From assembly GCF_018977255.1 (NCBI RefSeq), contig NW_024704742.1, positions 21,392,001-21,456,000 on the forward strand: a stretch of DNA of 64,000 nt, read 5' to 3'. The translations under genes were made by a program, and so were the position numbers. The notes below the pieces were generated by a model. It had not been told where the DNA came from. It did no database searches and was given only the letters and a program-made list of their open reading frames with translations. How positions within the stretch are numbered: position 1 is the first letter of the stretch; every line of letters starts with the position of its first letter. Source of the stretch: Callorhinchus milii (lineage: Eukaryota). Positions 23,101 to 34,978 of the stretch are shown here, one piece after another.

Positions 23101-25202
23101 ACTGAACCCCAATAACACTCTGTGATCCACACAGAACATTGGAGTGGCATTCCCGTGGGTCGGCTCACTTCTGATTATTTGCAGGAGATTCCTTTGTAAT
23201 GCCAAGTCCCCTCAACCAACTCTGATTCCATTCACAGCACCTTAGACTGTGCCCTCACTGTTTGATTCCTGCTCTTTATTCTGATGCAACTGGCTGGCAT
23301 TTTGGTTTCAAGTTAGATATTTCTCACGTTGCTCACTTTTCGTTTGGATTGTATTTATGATGTTTAAGAGTGTCTAATGAACGACTTATAGCAATTGTCA
23401 ACTGCAAGATATGGGCTTCAGGTCAGCAGTGATTATCTGAAGATCGTCTTCTCCCCCCACTGAATAAGCTTTGTTTTGAACTTGCAATGCAGGGCTGGGA
23501 GCTGCAAAGCAACTCAACGTGAAATCCCAGAAATTGGCAGACTAGCTGGTTCTGGATGCCAATTAGAAGGCATCCAAGACAGTAACATTTAGGATTTCCT
23601 CAGGACTGAACTTTGTCAGCTCCCATTCAGTGTATAGCATTGCTTTGAATAATGATCTGCAGGATTTCCTAAAGAGCTGTGCACCGACAGCCCTCTTCAT
23701 CTGTGTCAGATGTGCGTGGTGGTGAAACAAACAGTGAAGAAACATTACAAATATAAATATGTCAGAACGTCTAGTCGGAAAGGGGAGGAGAGGAATATTT
23801 AATATTGATAGAAACCCTATTCAGTTATATTCATTTACAAGTGAATCTTGTTCATTTTGGAATATACAAATAATGACTGTTTTTTGTGTTTTACTACCAA
23901 AAATCGTAAAATATCAGTTCACGTTCAACTGAGGACTTCAAAACAAAGGAAGTCTGTATGTGAACTGAAGGAGTCAGTGCTATGGAGTGGCTGATCTGTG
24001 GCACTTTGTTGTCTCAGTCAAGAAGGTGACAGGTGCATTAGTGTCGTTGGTGTTTATGGCTGTTACACGGAGTCAGTTCACTTTATCTCTATAGCTGGGC
24101 ACCATATTAAACAGACAAATGATGGCAGATGCTGGTTATGGAATATAAATCGCTGCACTCTTATTCAATGCCGCAGAAAATTTCATGTCTGCAAAGAACA
24201 ACGTAGAAAGGACATCAAATCCTGATCGACGGGACTGGCCCCAGTGTAGATTGATGGCGAGTTACAAGTTGGCTGCAATTCTGCAGAGTCTGTCCAAATA
24301 GAAATAAAGCTGCCAAGACCAATGCCAGTATACGCCAGACACAGGATACTTTGTATTGTAGGAATAGTCATTAACACTGTATAACGTATGTACAGAAGAT
24401 GTCACAATGATAGTGAACAGCAACAACAACAAGTTGGATTTATATAGTGCCCTCCACGCCGGACGGTGTCTCAGAGCACTTCACAGTAATGAATCCCGGG
24501 GTCGAGCCAGGGGGAGGGATGCAAAGGTGACCAAAGGCGCGGTCAAAAAAAAAGGTCTTCAGCCGAGACCTGAAAATAGGAAGAGAAGGGATGAAGCAAA
24601 GGGAGTGAGGAAGGCAGTTCCAGAGCCTTGGGGCATAGTGGCTGAAGGCATGGCCGCCAAGGGTGGAGCGGAGGACTCGGGGGACAAGGAGGAGGCCAGA
24701 CCCGGTGAAGTGAAGGCGACGGGCACTGTTGTGAGGAGAGAGGAGGTCAGAGACGTAGGGGGAGTGCAGAGGAGTGGAGGGATTTGAAGACAAGGGTGAG
24801 GATCTTGAAGTCGATCCTCTCTGGGACAGGCAGCCAGTGCAGTATGGCAAGGACTGGGGTAATCGGGGAGTGGAGTTTGGTGCGGGTAAGAATGCGGGCG
24901 GCAGAGTTTTGTATGACCTGAATTTTATGAATGGCAGTGGAGGGTAGACGGGGAGGAGGGCATTTGAATAGTCCAGCCGAGAGGTGACAAAGGCATGGAC
25001 CAGGGTTTCAGCGGCTTTTGGAGTGAGGTATTGGCGGAGAATGGCGATGCGTAGGAGGTGGAAGAAGGCGGTGCTGGTGAGGGACCGGATGTGGGGGAGG
25101 AAGGATAATTGGGGATCGAACCTGATGCCTTGGTTGCGTACGGGTTCGGAGAGTTTAGGGGGAGGTCGGGTAGGTGGAGGAGGTGAGAACCGTGAGATTT
25201 TA

Positions 25203-25532
25203 TAATAATAATAATAATAATCCTTGCATTTGATATAGTGCTTTTCACGTCGGGAGGACGTCCCAAAGCACTTCACAGAACACACTGTAAAGTGAATTGA
25301 CTTTATATTTGTGGGCGAACGCGGCAGCCAATTGCGCACAGCAATGTCCCACAAACAGTCGTAGATTCAAAATGACCAATTTATTATTGTTTTTGGTTTT
25401 GGAGGGATTATTATTAGGCTCTGTGTGGAGTAAGGAAACTTGCCCAAGGTTTCGCCCTGACCTGCCTGGAATTGAACTCAGGTCTCTCACTTGCAAAGCG
25501 AGTGCTCTAACCACTGAGCTACAGGACTCCAC
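25203..25532 (-). mobile_element. Young tRNA-Ala-like SINE, short subfamily, inside L2
   Basis: Full head GGAGTCCTGTAGCTCAGTGGTTAGAGCACTCGCTTTGCAAG...GAGTTCAATTCC; probable TSD atttta at 25197-25202 and 25538-25543. Confidence 0.93.
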
Positions 25533-25954
25533 GCTCCATTTTAGACGTTGACAAGAGCCAAAGAGTATGGCTTCCGTCTTGTCAACGCTCAGCTGAAGGA
25601 AATTTGCGCTCATCCAGCCCCTGAGATCTGACAGACAGGCTGACAGAACATCAGGGAACTGGGGGTCACAAAGTGAGGTGGAAAAGTAGAGTTGGGTGTC
25701 GTCTGCATAAATGTGGAAATGTACCCCATATCTGTGGATGACATCCCCAAGAGGGAGCATGTAGATCAGAAAGAGGAGGGGACCAAGGATGGATCCTTGG
25801 GGTACCCCGCAGGTAACCGGGTGAGAGTGGGAGGAGAAGCCGTTTGTGCAAATGTACTACCGGTGGTTCGTGAGGTAGGACTCGAACCAGGCGATTGCGT
25901 TCCCACTGAAGTGGATGACGGAGGAAAGGCGGTGGTGGAGGATGATGTGATCAA

Positions 25955-26289
25955 TAATAATATATATATATATATAATAATCCTTGCATTTGATATAGCG
26001 CTTTTCACATCGGGAGGACGTCCCAAAGCGCTTCACAGAACACACTGTAAAGTGAATTGACTGTATATTTGTGGGTGAACGCGGCAGCCAATTGCGCACA
26101 GCAATGTCCCACAAGCAGTCGTAGATTGAAAATGACCAATTATATTATTGTTTTGGTTTTGGAGGGATTATTATTAGGCTCTGTGTGGAGTAAGGAAACT
26201 TGCCCAAGGTTTCGCCCTCTGCCTGGAATTGAACTCAGGTCTCTCGCTTGCAAAGCGAGTGCTCTAACCACTGAGCTACAGGATTCCAC
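25955..26289 (-). mobile_element. Young tRNA-Ala-like SINE, short subfamily, inside L2
   Basis: Near-identical to the 25203 and 52215 copies; 8-bp TSD gtgatcaa at 25947-25954 and 26290-26297. Confidence 0.95.
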
Positions 26290-26869
26290 GTGATCAAATG
26301 TGTCGAATGCGGCGGAGAGGTCCAGGAGGACAAAGAGGCAGAGGGAGCCCTGGTCACAGATAGAGAGGATGCAAGGATTATTATTATGTCATTTGTGACT
26401 TTCATAAGTGCAGTCTCTGTACTGTGGGCAGGGCAGAACCCGGACTGGAGGGGTTCGAAGAGGGAGTGGGAGGAGAGGTGTGCGCAGAGTTGATTAGTGA
26501 AGGAACTGGACTAGTTTAAATTGCTCAATGTGTCTATCATACATGTTGTAGTACAATCCATTTTATCTCCAATGTAAGGATCCTCTACCTGCTACTAAAA
26601 GCATTCAATAAAAACGTGAGACTAAATCTTGTCTCCATTTATTTTTCTCAAGAAATATTTATTTCTTCTACTTTTCTTTCCGGAGCCCTGGAATTTCTTC
26701 AAGATCCCTTGGGAGGATTATCCAGAATGGGTTTAAAAAATCACAGCAAATTATAGCTCTCTATTTTAAATTGCTCAACGTGTTTATGATAATAGGTTAC
26801 TGTCCCACACTTAGTCTCTTGTTTTAGCTGAGGTTAACTTAAATGTGTTATGTACAGATGTGAACATTT

Positions 26870-27122
26870 CAACTTTGATCCCTGATCTCTGTTGAGTTAG
26901 TCAATCTCAGTTGAGGTAACATTTAAGGGTGTTACAATTGGCCTCTGTGCACCTCCCTGAAATAAATTGGTCATTTATTTCATGGCTATTTGAGGGACAT
27001 TGCTGTGCACAAATTAGCTGCTATATTTGCCTACAAACAAGCAATATATCTTGTGAAGCACATTGAAGCATCCTCCTGACATGAAAGTTGTTATATCAAA
27101 TGCAACGATTAATATTAATAAT
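26870..27122 (+). mobile_element. AmnSINE2-like 5' fragment followed by a Deu-type SINE 3' fragment
   Basis: tttgatccctgatctctgttgagttagtcaatctcag...ttacaattggcctctgtgc, then ggtcatttatttcatggctatttgagggacattgctgtgcacaaattagctgc...caaatgcaacgatta. Confidence 0.65.
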
Positions 27123-27797
27123 AGAAGCAAAATGGATAATTGGAGAATTCATTAGGGTGGATTTAAAAGATCACAGCAACTTATAGCTTTCAACTTCTTT
27201 GTGGGGAAGCACATCTGTGAACATCTGTTTGTAAGTATTGCTCCAAAATTTGCATGGAACACCTACAGAGTTTTTTTCATCTAAAATATTAGATCAATTC
27301 AGTCTTAATCTGTAAAATGCTTCTCTTGCAAATCTGACTTTCAAATCGGGACTGAATTGAAGAATTTTCCACAAATTCTGTGCAACCTTAAAATTTAAGA
27401 CAAAATGTTTTTTAGGCTACGATTATGTGTAATTTCTGGTTTGTAATACTTAAGACTGGGAAAAGTCTTGGAACAATTCTGAAATTCAATCTTAATTTGG
27501 AAGTCTTGTTTAAAGAACTGCAGGAAACCGGCTTCCAAATTATGGCTAAATTTAAGAATTTTGCAAAATTCTGCAAAATCTTGAATTCTGAGCTGAATCT
27601 AGGTGGAATTTCAAAATTGATGTTTCCCTCTATACCTTCCCTTGCATACATATGTTTAGTATCTGCTTTATACTCACACACATCCAAAAATAGCAGCACA
27701 GCTGAGATCAGGAAACCCATGGCTCAGCAGTGCTGTAGCATCATCGATGCTACAATGCACCAACTTGCTGTTGTGCTATGATATTAAAAATGATAGC

Positions 27798-28230
27798 AAT
27801 AATAATCATTGCATTTAATACGGTGTATTTTTACATCTTCGAGACATCTCAAAGCGCTTCATAGAATATACTGTAAAGTGAATTGATTGTATATTTTGTG
27901 TGTGAAACGCGGCAGCCAATTGCGCACTTTCATGAACTTCACGTTCAGAGATAAAGATGAAGACAGGTTTGCCAGACTAAGCCTGTTTTTGAATGCTGCC
28001 CTCAAACACGTGGATTGAGTGACCAAATTTTTATTATTACTTGTTTTTGAAGGGATTATTACCCCTGCATAAGTGATCCGCCAATCGATTAACAACCGGG
28101 TTTCAACTTACAATTAGGTAAATGGAGGCGAGTAAGGAAACTTGTCTAACATTTCACCCTGACCAAGAATCAAACCCAGGTCCTCTCGCTCGCGAGGCGA
28201 GGGCTCTAAACAATACACTACAGGACTCCA
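27798..28230 (-). mobile_element. tRNA-Ala-like SINE, long subfamily, carrying a 76-bp foreign insert (27928-28003)
   Basis: Tail, body, long-type middle and head all present; the body is interrupted after ...caattgcgcac. Confidence 0.85.
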
Positions 28231-28339
28231 CAAAATGATATATTTCTCTGGCTCAAATGATTATTTCTGTTAAGGTAAGTAAGGAGCATTAATGCATATT
28301 GCTCTTTAATTGTCTGAGTTCCACTGGCAAGCGGGTGGG

Positions 28340-28653
28340 TCGGTAACCCAAGGACCCTGATTTGAAATATTTGTTAAAAGAAACAGAGGGGAGGTGAGGA
28401 GAAATGTTTTCACACAGTGAGTTGTTCGGATCTGGAAAGCATTGCCAGAAAGAGTGGTGGAAGATGATTCAATAACAACTTTTAAGAGAGAAGTAGATAA
28501 TTATTTGGGGAGGACAAGTTTGCAGGACTATGGGGATAGAGCGGGAGAGTGGGATTGAATTGGATAGCTCTTTTCAAAGAGCCAGCATAGACATGATGGG
28601 CCGAATGGCCTCCTTCTGTGCTGTGTAATTCTATGATTCTATGAATCTATGAT
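28340..28653 (+). mobile_element. CR1 LINE 3' end
   Basis: ORF2 end (frameshifted RRNVFTQ.VVRIWKALPERVVE...SITTFKREVD) then gggccgaatggcctccttctgtgctg and the (ATTCTATG)n octamer tail characteristic of CR1. Confidence 0.9.
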
Positions 28654-28949
28654 CTGTTGTGCAAGGGCAGCATTCAAGAATACCACAAACTCAGTCTGTA
28701 AGCCTTTCAGCATCTTTATCTCTCAATATGAAGTTCATGAAAGTGCAGGGATATACAGCAATAGCATGAAATTAGAATTTTATAACACTACGAAACCTTG
28801 TGAAAAGACAGTGTGTTTATAGACTCAATTTCACATGTTTTGACACAGTCTTATGATAACCAGGTAGGTAACAAAATGGACCCGAAGTGAAAGGCGCTAT
28901 ATAAATGTTTATTGTATTGTAACAATATTAATACTTGCATTTCATGAAA

Positions 28950-29183
28950 TAATAACAATAACTCTTGCATTTGATACTGCACCTTATCACATTGAGACAT
29001 CTCAAAGAGTTTCACAGGATACACTGTAAAATGTGTGTCTGTGTATTTTGTGAGCAAACACAGCAGCCAATTTCGAACAGAAATGTCCCACAAGTAGCCA
29101 TGAAGTGAATGATCAATTTTATTTGGGGGCGTGTTGGCCGGGATACCAGGAGAAATTCCTTATGCTTCTTCAAAATAGTACTT
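28950..29183 (-). mobile_element. Deu-type SINE 3' half
   Basis: aataactcttgcatttgata...cagcagccaatt...gtcccacaagtagccatgaagtgaatgatc...ggataccaggagaaattcc. Confidence 0.78.
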
Positions 29184-29900
29184 AAAACTCTCTGAACTCA
29201 TGCGCAACTTAAGCATCAGGTTCAATCCCCAGTTATCCTTCCTCCCCCACATCTGGTCCCTGACCACTTTCTTCCATCTCCGCCACATTGCCCATCTCCA
29301 ACAATACCTCACATGAAAAGTTGCGGAAACCCTTGTCCATGCTTTTGTCACCTCTCGGCTGGACTACTCTAACGCCCTCCTCGCAGGTCTCCCCTCCTCC
29401 ACTATTCACAAAATTCAGCTCATTCAAAACTCCTCCGCCCACATTCTCACCCGCACCAAACTGCATATCCCGATTACTCCAGTCCTTGCCAAACTCTACT
29501 GTCTCCCTGTCACAGAGCCGATCGCTTCAAGATCCTCACTTTAGTGTTTAAATCCCTCCATTCCTTGGCACCCCCCTATCTCTAACCTCCTCTCTCCCCA
29601 CAGCAGTACCCACTGCCTCTGCTCCACTGGGTCCGGCCTCCTCCATGTCTCCCAAATCCTCCGCTCCACCATCGGCTGCCGTGCCTTCAGCCACTAGGCC
29701 CTGAAGCTTTAGAACTCCTTCCCTCAACCCCTTTGCCTCACACCCTCCTTCCCCATCTTCAGGTCGTGCCTCTTCAACCGCTCCTACAGTCACCTTCCCC
29801 CTCCCCCTGGCTCGGCCTCGGGCTCCGCCATTGTTAAGCGCTCTGAGAAGCCGCCCGGCGTGGAGGACGCTATATAAATGCAAGTTATTGTTGTTGTTGT
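29184..29900 (+). mobile_element. L2 LINE 3' fragment, same family as 24416-25200 but opposite orientation
   Basis: Encodes [37 protein letters not shown]; ends aagcgctctgagaagccgcccggcgtggaggacgctatataaatgcaagttattgttgttgttg. Confidence 0.92.
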
Positions 29901-31059
29901 CCTGAGATCTACTAACATCTATCGAAAGCAAGAGAACAGGCAGATGAGACTTCTATTTAATATCTCAGCAATTCACAAAAGGGCCATCTCCCATAAATTA
30001 CACAGTCACTACACTTTACAGTGTGTGTATCCTGTGAAGCGCTTTGAGGCGTCTCGACTACGTGATAAGGCGCTGTATCAAATGCAAGGATTATTATTAT
30101 TATCTCTAGATCTTGAACACCCAAGTACAGATTGCTGGCTCATTATTATTCCCCCTATTATGCTAACAGTCCGATTTCTGTTGTTTCAGTGATGGAATGA
30201 AATACTGCTTGCTTAGTCCTTTTGCTAAGGTCGAGCAAATAAACTGGATTAGAACAATCCGCAGTTCTGAACCGTGAAATCAGATGATTGATGAGCTGGT
30301 TTATTTTGAATGAATATGCTGGAACAGGTGAAAAAATAACCCCCTCGGTCACCATCACTTATTTGAAGTCTGTTCAAGTTACATTCTAAATGTCGCAGGA
30401 AGGAACTGAAACTTTGGGAGTATCAGACCTGGGGTTTTGTTCCCCACTGAGTTCCTTTCAGATGACATAACTTGGAAGTTCATGGTCTATCTGGGGTCAT
30501 GATGGGTTCTTACAGGACGACAGACAGTGGCATTCCTGTGCAGTGTGGCAATAACACTGCAGCCTGCACTTGGAAAATGTGATCTTTCAGTTCTTTCATT
30601 TACAACATGACTGAAAAACACTGAGTATAGAAAGCGAATCCATTAAAATGATCAAAATGTACAGCAGAGGGAATACACTGAACCAGGACTAAAAGAAAAA
30701 TAGCTTTGGGATTCTGACTGTTGATCAGAATAAACTGCGTGCCTCAACACTGCTCATACAAGAACAGCTTTCTGGTTATATTCATGAACTTGCTATAGAG
30801 CAGTCTGTTGGTGTCCTCTTAGCTTAACATGTTCTTATTATCCCCTCGGGGAGAGTGAGACATGATGCTGATACGCTGTAATGACTTTGTTCACTGATCC
30901 AAATTCTCTGCAGTTCTAGTTCACCATATTTAGTGTCACATACTAGCTGGGCTTTCTGTACATTAGCCCAGCGTCTTGACACTCAGAAAACCCTCGTCAT
31001 GTATAAAAGTCTCACATTCCATTTTCTGAGAACAGAAAGCAACATTTTAATTCATAAAA

Positions 31060-31322
31060 AATTGCATTTGATATACAGCAGTGCCTCCCTTATTGTCTCT
31101 AAAAGTGTTTCACAGCAGTTATTGTTAGTTGTAGTAACTGTGTATTTGTATGCAACCAATTTGCACATATCAATGTCCCACAATCAGTCAGGAGGAGAAT
31201 TGTTGACCAGGACACCAAGAGCATTCCCTTTTTTTTCAAATAGTAGTATGGGCTCTTTAAAGAAGGGACCTTGGTTTAATATCTCCTACAAGGACGGCAT
31301 CTCCAACAATTTAGCACTAACC
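31060..31322 (-). mobile_element. Old Deu-type SINE fragment
   Basis: ttgcatttgatata...caaccaatttgcacatatcaatgtcccaca...gaccaggacaccaagag...ccttggtttaatatctc. Confidence 0.7.
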
Positions 31323-31334
31323 AGGAGCACTTAA

Positions 31335-31505
31335 TAGTCTCTGGAATTAGGTAAGCGGGGAGAGAGTGTGTATTCTATTCTAGACACAGGGAATTTTTCA
31401 CGTGCAGGTGTAATATGTATGTGGAACTTTCATTCCGGTTTGGATACTCTTAAGTTTGGTGATAGGTTTCTGCATAAGTTAGACACCCCACCGACCCAAA
31501 ACAAA
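31335..31505 (+). repeat. Unclassified interspersed repeat, copy 1 of 3
   Basis: Shares gaattaggt, gggagagagtg, exact GTTTGGATACTCTTAAG and agacacc...gacc with 34605-34830 (-) and 46590-46787 (+). Confidence 0.8.
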
Positions 31506-31994
31506 ATAAACAAATATATGCATAGATCAGCATATTGTTTCAAGAGATGCTTCAGATGTTTGACCTCTGTTCGCTGTCATAGCACAGTGTTTTATTCGAG
31601 AACTGGGAAGAAAACATGTGGAGTAAAGTGCAAACAGAATAAAACTCTGTTAACAACATTTTACTGTAAATCTGGTTTTAATACAAATCTTTCAAAATGT
31701 AACGTATACAGGGAATGGAGAATTCAAATACTTCCAAATAAAAAAAGCCTTATATCAAAGCAGCAGAGCCAGAACAATCCTATTCATAACATATTTCAAA
31801 ATACTATACCGTGAATGGATGTAATCTACATGCTAATGCATCCGTAAATCTAGCATAAGCAACAAGCATGCAGGATCATTACTCCGGCCTCTAACCACAG
31901 CAAAAGAGCTACTACTCTTCATACATATATACATATGTTTAAACATATAAAAGCCACAGCCACAAAATGAACAAAATGAAAAAAGTTCTGACTC

Positions 31995-32180
31995 TTCCCA
32001 CTCCAGTCCCCCCTACATCCACCTTATACCCGTATTCCTACCTCCATCCTCCCTAATCCCACCCCACTACTCCCACCCCCATGCCCGCTACTCCCATCCC
32101 CATCCCCTCTACCCCCACCCCAACCCCTCTACTCCCACCCCCTACCTCTCTACTCCCACCCCCTACCCCTTACCCTCCAA
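31995..32180. repeat. C-rich degenerate tandem repeat (ctactcccaccccc-like)
   Basis: Recurring ctactcccaccccc / ctctaccccacc units. Confidence 0.8.
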
Positions 32181-32916
32181 ACCTCTTGATTCCAAGCATT
32201 AGCTCGGGTGCAAATCATTAACTGTCCAGTCCCTTGGGATATCCTTCCAACGTGAAAGACGGTACATAAGTGTAATTTGTTGTTGCTCCTCACTTCAATT
32301 GCTCTTTCACGTTTACACGTTTCAAGTAATCTATGGACTAATACAAAACGTTCTCCCACAAAACACATGATGACTACAGTTTATTACAATATGTATGAAG
32401 CACCGTGAAAGGCGCTATACCAAATGTAAAGATTGTTAAAGGGCGTACCGAGTGGGATAAATTAATAGTTTAAGCATCTGAAAAAGAGTCGATACCAATC
32501 CCCAATCTCAGGTATTAGTCCCTCGACATGAAACAAAAAGCATCCTTAACCTACAGCAGTTTTAGAGATTGAAAATTCAGAGAGCCAGATCAACCCTTGC
32601 TATGGCAAGATGGAAGTGAAAGGTATTCCAGGTAATCTCGGGTTCTTTTAGCAGGATGCAGCAATCGGGCTCAACAACGATTAACTCCTTTTCCCATTGG
32701 ACTGAATAAGAGAGGAATCAAACTTCATATCGCTTTATGAAACTTGATGGCAGTCTTCTTCAGCAGATGTTTATCCTGTAAATTAAAGCACAAAAGGGAA
32801 GAAAAAAATGTCAGTGCTCACAAAGAATGCTACATCAAAGAGAATTCATTTGTCATGATATCGCATCTGAGTCATCAGCTCCTGACAACAACAGTTCATA
32901 CAACAACAATAGTTTG

Positions 32917-33195
32917 TGGAGTCCCATAGCGTAGTGGTTAGCAAGCTCACTTCGCAAGCGAGAGGACTCGGGTTCGAATCCCGAGCAGAGCAAAACCGTA
33001 GGCAAATTTCCTTATTCCCACACGCCTGTTTGCCTAGCAGTGAGTAGGAACCCGGTTGTTAGTCGATTGGCAGATCACTTTCTGGGGGTAATAATTCCTC
33101 CAAAAAAACAAAATTGATCACTCAGTTCATGACTGTTTGTGGGACACTGCTGTGCACAATTCACTGCTGCGTTTTGCCCACAAAATACAGTAAAT
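32917..33195 (+). mobile_element. tRNA-Ala-like SINE, long subfamily, 3' end missing; a separate SINE tail follows at about 33325-33437
   Basis: ggagtcccatagcgtagtggttagc...ttcgcaagcgagaggactcgggttcgaatcccgag with a canonical B box (GGTTCGAATCC), then long-type middle. Confidence 0.88.
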
Positions 33196-34473
33196 CTCAA
33201 CGTGGTAATATACGACAGAGGAAAAAAAAATCGAAGGCCACATTTTTTTCCTGGAATGGCTTTCCTTTTCGCAGCCTTTTTTTATTTGCAATTAAATAAA
33301 ATGCCAATTGAGGATTGCATTGCCATGCACAAATAGACTGCCATGTTCACCTACAAATTATACAGTCACTCCACTTTACAGGATATCACATTTCCCAATG
33401 TGAAAGATGCTATAAGAAATGCAAGGATTATTATTTTTAATATTTACTGAAAAAGTTTTGATGAATTGTCACCAACCAAGAACAGAGATTGAAATTATAA
33501 TACGGAACCACAGATTCTCCCAGAGATTTTGAAACCCACACTGAGGATCACTGCTACCATTGCCAGGACACTGATTTGTGCTTTGAATTTTTAGTGTGTC
33601 TAAAAATCAAACAGAATTGCAGCTTTCATTGAGAACTGAAGACCAACGATATTGAGGGAAAGAGGAAAGAGGGGGTTAGGTTTGTGTAGACAGTGGCTCT
33701 GTGCAGGTACTCTCAGAGGTGAATGGTTAGATAATATGACTGCTCTTCCCCACTCTGGTAGTTTACTGCTATCATCAGAGGATTTTCTCCTCAGTGTGTG
33801 GCAAATATTATGAGCAGCAAGCCTCTCCTTCATGTGCAAAAGGTGTCACCTCTTAGCGCTGTGCTGGTTACCTAGTTTTTGAGTGAAATAACAGCACATT
33901 GAACAAGTTGACCTGTCCACTGTAACTATTCATTCCCACCTAACCTTTAGTGTCTTTGAGGCCCATGCTCAGGTGGCTCTGTGACATTTAAGAACTGCGC
34001 TGTTGCAATGATGATATTTATGAGAGGTCTCCAGGGAGACTTTAACATGGTGTGACCTTCCTATCCCGTACTAAATATTACTTTCTTTCAAACACAGCTT
34101 TCCCATGGACAGGCTCCCAATGACCCCAAACTCTCACAACACACAGCACCTGCAGGGAGCAGCAAAAATAAAATTGCATTGACGTGTCAATCTTCAGATT
34201 AATAATACACAATTTCATGAAGATTTGATGCTCATCACAACATCTGGGGGTTGATAATTTTACCACTTATGTTAAATATCCTTCAAATTTACAGTGTTTT
34301 GTGGGAAAGTGTAGTGACTGTGTGTTTTTAGGTGAACACAGCAGCCTATTTGCAAGCAGCATTACCCCACAGACAGGCATGAAGTGAGTGATCAATTTTA
34401 ATTGGGGGATTGTTGGTCAGGACACCGGAAGAAACTCCCAATTCTTTTTGAATAGTCCCAAGGGATGTTTAAT

Positions 34474-34978
34474 ATCTACCTGAGCAGGCAGTCGAGACTT
34501 TGTTTTAATATTTCATCCGAAGGATGTTACCTGCAACAATGCAGTACAACTCCAGCACTGCATTGGAGTGACAGCCTAGACTGTGAGTTTAAAGTTCCAT
34601 AGTGGTTGTGTTGGTCTGCCAGGTGTCTGATACATGTAGAAACTCATCACATGCTTAAGAGTATCCAAACAGTTCCATACATCCCACCTACACATGAAAA
34701 CTCTCATATATTGAAATTAAATGTGCACTCTCTCCCTCTGTAGAGACTGATCCTGACCTAATTCTGGAGAGTATGAGGAGGGAGCTGGCAAGAGCCTGGG
34801 TTGGGAACCCAGAATTTGCATTGGGACACCTGGCAGACCAACACAACCACTATGGAACTTTAAACTCACAGTCTAGGCTGTCACTCCAATGCAGTGCTGG
34901 AGTTGTACCGCATTGCTGCAGGTGACATCCTTCGGATGAAATGTTAAAATAAAGTCCCGACTGCCTGCTCAGGTAGAT
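34474..34978. repeat. Long inverted repeat: 154-bp arms 34474-34627 and 34825-34978, 197-bp spacer
   Basis: Manual alignment gives 148/154 identity with no gaps; inner 84 bp are perfect. Confidence 0.97.
34605..34830 (-). repeat. Unclassified interspersed repeat, copy 2 of 3
   Basis: Reverse complement aligns with 46590-46787 (ggctctt...atact.t...gaattaggt, gggagagagtgcacatt, catgtgtaggtgg, gtttggatactcttaagca). Confidence 0.8.

Larger units (their letters stand above)
24416..26495 (-). mobile_element. L2-clade LINE, 5'-truncated ORF2 (reverse transcriptase) pseudo-copy split by two SINE insertions
   Basis: Pieces translate to [52 protein letters not shown] (RT catalytic YADD), [57 protein letters not shown] and FRSRLKTFFF; (TTG)n tail; frameshifted. 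Confidence 0.95.

Noticed and set aside
24440..25354. 304-aa ORF as an intact gene or SINE-LINE fusion protein
   Set aside because: Chance read-through from a SINE into a frameshifted L2 ORF2 remnant.
27734..27754. Small hairpin tgtagcatc-atc-gatgctaca
   Set aside because: A single 9-bp stem without supporting context is plausible by chance in 64 kb.
32917..32995. Possible tRNA-Ala genes (also at 39372, 25460-25532 and others)
   Set aside because: A/B boxes and anticodon loop are present, but there is no proper acceptor stem and each runs straight into a SINE body and tail; these are SINE heads.
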